Positions 37,410 through 40,134 of a stretch of 40,134 nucleotides of DNA are shown in pieces. The translations under genes were made by a program, and so were the position numbers. The stretch is from assembly GCA_016930075.1 (NCBI GenBank), contig JAFGHS010000175.1:1-40134 (forward strand), given 5' to 3'. Numbering within the stretch: the stretch's first letter is position 1; each line of letters begins with the position of its first letter. The notes below the pieces were generated by a model. That model was not told the origin of the DNA, searched no databases, and saw only the letters and a list, made by a program, of their open reading frames with translations. The stretch comes from Deltaproteobacteria bacterium. GTDB taxonomy: Bacteria > Desulfobacterota > Syntrophia > Syntrophales > JAFGHS01.

Positions 37410-37789
37410 GCTTTGGTCAACAGGGAGGAGATTTCTTTCAAATTGTCCATTAATTTTTGCGTGCTGATCGGTCTTGCATCAGGGTTGGCCAAATCCATTT
37501 CGGCCATAACGACGGCGCCCGACAGGGAAACGTCACAGCCTTCGGTGTTTGTATTGATATGGATCTCCATTTTTATTCTGTCACGAACAAACAATCGTGA
37601 AATGAATGTTTCCATAAATGCGACGACACCCGAGGACTCAGGTTTCCTGTCGTAAATCGTGATCAGGGCTTCCCGGTCGCTGAACGTTTCCACGCCAAAG
37701 ATGTACCGTCTGTCTCTGGAGAATTTTTGCAGGGAATCCTTAATTTTTGCAATGCCCGTTCCTTTTATCGAAAGAATCTGTTCAGACAT
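37406..37789 (-). CDS. Hypothetical protein (~127 aa), translationally coupled (ATGA overlap) to the alpha/beta-hydrolase gene
   Basis: ORF with its stop overlapping the hydrolase ATG. I prefer the ATG at 37787-37789 (MSEQILSIKG...). No recognisable motif. The SD is weak. Confidence 0.45.
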   Translation of the reverse strand: MSEQILSIKGTGIAKIKDSLQKFSRDRRYIFGVETFSDREALITIYDRKPESSGVVAFMETFISRLFVRDRIKMEIHINTNTEGCDVSLSGAVVMAEMDLANPDARPISTQKLMDNLKEISSLLTKA

Positions 37790-38299
37790 GGTTGCTCGTA
37801 CCGCCTTTTGATGCCTCGTTCCGTTTAGTGATCCGAGGCATTTATCGGGATTTGCTTTTGCCATTTTGCGGGGCGAAGTATAAGAGCAAGACGACGACGA
37901 GTCAAGAATTTTAAAACGAATTTTAAAACGACAGAATATAAAACAACACTCTTCCTTCGCACCATAGCAAACAGGTTCGCACCAACCGGGCCATTTGCGG
38001 GAATTTCATAACCATGAAGCCGCCATCTTCATCGACGACGCGCCTGATGTCTTTCCTCGCGCAGCTTCACCTACTGCCGATTTCATCACAGACTTTGCGA
38101 CATATTTTGAATGTCTCTGATTTCTCCACGTTCACCTTCCCTTTTTCCCCTGTCGCTATGGGCTGATTGAAGAGATGGAAGATTCTCACAGTATATTCTC
38201 CCGACAAGTGTCACTGCTGCAGGCCCGGCTTGCCTGACCTGCCAACAGGAAGGATTTTTGAAGGTAACATTCCCCCTCCCCCATATATAAGTCCCTGAC

Positions 38300-38326
38300 C
38301 AGGATATGCGGCAGCCGCATATCCTG
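38300..38326. repeat. Perfect 13-bp inverted repeat (CAGGATATGCGGC-a-GCCGCATATCCTG) in the AT-rich spacer upstream of the OLD-family gene
   Basis: Read directly from the sequence. It is not positioned as a terminator for any called gene. It could be an operator, a recombination site or a boundary hairpin. Confidence 0.4.
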
Positions 38327-38562
38327 ATATTACAGACCAAATGTGCACGTCTGGTGGTGTTCTCATTTGAATTCTTTGTTGCTCATACAGAACATTCGTT
38401 CTATTAAGTCAGGAAAAACATTAATAATATGCCAGAATATCGATTACAATTGTCTTCAAAAATACTTGTCATTCTTTTGATGCTGTAGTATTTTCCAATT
38501 GCTTTTTTTCAGAAAGGAAACAAGCCGTATAATAATCGTTATATGAAGAAAGTGACTGAACT

Positions 38563-40131
38563 ATGAGAATAAAAGATATACATGTCACGAACGCTTTGCC
38601 CGTTGAATTATTTGACGTAGAAGATATTTCAGACATCGTTGTAATTGCTGGCCCTAATGGTGTCGGGAAAACTCGACTTGTTTCCGCACTTATTTCTCAT
38701 TTCCAGAATTTGAACGGTAAGAACATAAAGTTCAAAATTCAAGCCACTTCAGATGATGAAATCGCTGCATGGGGGAAGCGAGAACTTGATACCAGTGTGC
38801 AGCAAGATGCCGATTTACTAACACAGATGCTTCAGCAGAATCGACAACGACGAAATCTCAAAAGCAGCGTATTTTACTATGAGAGTAATCGAAGCATCCA
38901 AAAAATCCAACCACTATCTTATCAGTGGGATATGCCTGACCCTTGGGAAGAAAAAATATCTTGGAATTTCACGTTTGGCGGATTAGCTAGCAGGTTTCAG
39001 GATACGCTTCACGCAATTTTTAAAAAAATTCAAACTCAAAAAACGTCTATCGCAAATAGGGCAATAAGTTTGAAACAAGAAGGGTACGAGTCAATGAAAC
39101 TCGAGTTCTCAGACCCCCTCGATCCTTTCAGGGAAGCTTTCTTCAAACTTCTCGGTCCGAAACGACTCCTAAAGGCGGATGTTCAAGGCAACACTCTCCG
39201 TTTCGAACACAAGGGAAAAGAATACGACATTAATGCATTAAGCTCTGGAGAACGGGAAGTTCTCAATATCGCGTTTGATTTTTTACTTCGTAGCCCTTCC
39301 GATTGCATCGTTTTCGTAGACGAACCCGAACTGCATCTTCACCCGGAGCTATCTTCCAAATTGATCAGCACGCTAAAGAGCGCTGGAAAAAACAATCAAT
39401 TCATACTTTGCTCGCATTCACCGGACATAATTTCGTCCTCTCTTGAAGATACGGTGATCTTTCTAACCCCACCTGGTGAGAACAGCGTAAACCAAGCAGT
39501 AGTGCTTAAGCCAGATGATCAGTCAACAGAAGCGCTCAATCGTCTGGGACATTCGGTGGGTGTCGTCTCACTTGGAAAGAAGATCGTCCTAATAGAAGGC
39601 ACTAAAGCAAGTCTGGACAAACAAACATATGTGCATATTCTAAAGAATCGATTCCCAGAGCTGGTTCTTCTTCCTGGCGGCGGTAAGGGAAATCTCGCGG
39701 CATTTGATCAGGTCGCCGAAAAAGTTTTGACCAAAACCATGTGGGGAATTGATTTTTACATGCTCGCAGACCGCGACGCGTTGGGAGACAGTTCAACGAT
39801 GCCGCGGTCAGTTGGTGGGCGTTTCAGAACGCTTAGCAAATACCACTTAGAAAATTACTTTCTTGATGCGAATATTCTCGCTCGTGTGTTCCAAATCATG
39901 GAGCCTGCCGATTCCTGGCTCTGCAAACCAGACGGAATAGATATCGTATTGCGAGAGATAGCGTGCGAACACATTCCTTATGCATCAGTTCTTATTGTGG
40001 CAAACGAAAGGCGGCGAGCTGCGGGAAATGTGGATGTGATGCTAAAGCGGAACGTGTCAATGAAAATGAGACACTTCCATAAAGAATTTAGTGTCGCAAA
40101 GGATCACTATTTTCCGGCACCGGTTTATTGA
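38563..40131 (+). CDS. OLD-family (overcoming lysogenization defect) / GajA-PARIS-like ABC-type ATPase fused to a TOPRIM-like nuclease domain
   Basis: Walker A AGPNGVGKT. ABC signature LSSGEREV. Walker B CIVFVDEPELHLHPE. H-loop FILCSHSP. C-terminal TOPRIM-like elements IVLIEGTKA (Glu) and FYMLADRDAL (DxD). The gene and its 5' flank are visibly AT-richer than the rest of the window. TATAAT at 38528-38533. Confidence 0.85.
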   Translation: MRIKDIHVTNALPVELFDVEDISDIVVIAGPNGVGKTRLVSALISHFQNLNGKNIKFKIQATSDDEIAAWGKRELDTSVQQDADLLTQMLQQNRQRRNLKSSVFYYESNRSIQKIQPLSYQWDMPDPWEEKISWNFTFGGLASRFQDTLHAIFKKIQTQKTSIANRAISLKQEGYESMKLEFSDPLDPFREAFFKLLGPKRLLKADVQGNTLRFEHKGKEYDINALSSGEREVLNIAFDFLLRSPSDCIVFVDEPELHLHPELSSKLISTLKSAGKNNQFILCSHSPDIISSSLEDTVIFLTPPGENSVNQAVVLKPDDQSTEALNRLGHSVGVVSLGKKIVLIEGTKASLDKQTYVHILKNRFPELVLLPGGGKGNLAAFDQVAEKVLTKTMWGIDFYMLADRDALGDSSTMPRSVGGRFRTLSKYHLENYFLDANILARVFQIMEPADSWLCKPDGIDIVLREIACEHIPYASVLIVANERRRAAGNVDVMLKRNVSMKMRHFHKEFSVAKDHYFPAPVY

Positions 40132-40134
40132 TCC

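Noticed and set aside
38086-38340. 84-aa minus-strand ORF in the AT-rich spacer
   Set aside because: It has no SD, shows no homology features, is Cys/Trp/Arg-rich and ends at the 13-bp hairpin. It is probably non-coding.
38428-38487. 19-codon hydrophobic mini-ORF (MPEYRLQLSSKILVILLML)
   Set aside because: It has no ribosome-binding site, and such short hydrophobic frames in AT-rich DNA are expected by chance.

Overview
The window looks like a chromosomal segment of a GC-rich (mid-50s % by eye) bacterium whose gene content suggests Deltaproteobacteria/Desulfobacterota. That taxon call rests on a sigma54 NtrC-type two-component pair, many PAS/GGDEF proteins, an NfeD-flotillin pair and a YprA/MrfA-type helicase, and is inference only. 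Most of the window is ordinary core genome. A clpS-clpA-aat N-degron cluster, tRNA-Lys(UUU), purA-serA-serC, radA, a CobB-type sirtuin and tmRNA (ssrA) are all clearly recognisable.

Six regions are less routine:
1. Left edge (1-3164): a tightly coupled minus-strand operon. It encodes a secreted N/Y/S/T/G-rich low-complexity protein, a CsgG-family outer-membrane lipoprotein (curli-channel family) and a large Thr-rich beta-repeat secreted protein. It sits behind a candidate sigma54 promoter and directly downstream of the NtrC-type regulator/kinase pair. I read it as a possible non-canonical CsgG-dependent export or functional-amyloid system.
2. MrfA/MrfB-like pair (6975-10651): a DEAD/DEAH helicase with a C-terminal Cys4 DUF1998 domain, translationally coupled to a DEDD exonuclease with a TPR tail.
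3. Small sigma mimic (6624-6908): a Cys/His-rich protein whose C-terminus is almost identical to sigma70 region 4.2.
4. Membrane signalling operon (14272-19437): NfeD, flotillin, a periplasmic SBP_bac_3+Cache sensor and a REC-PAS-PAS-GGDEF regulator.
5. REP-like element (33565-33724): nested palindromes plus a G11 tract in the divergent serC/radA promoter region. It generates spurious ORFs.
6. Right edge (37865-40134): a visibly AT-richer segment encoding an OLD-family (GajA / PARIS-like) ABC-ATPase-TOPRIM nuclease. It is probably the start of a horizontally acquired defence locus cut by the window end.

No CRISPR array, rRNA, transposase or integrase is visible. All coordinates and motif calls come from reading the sequence and translations by eye. 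Domain assignments rest on remembered family motifs, not searches.
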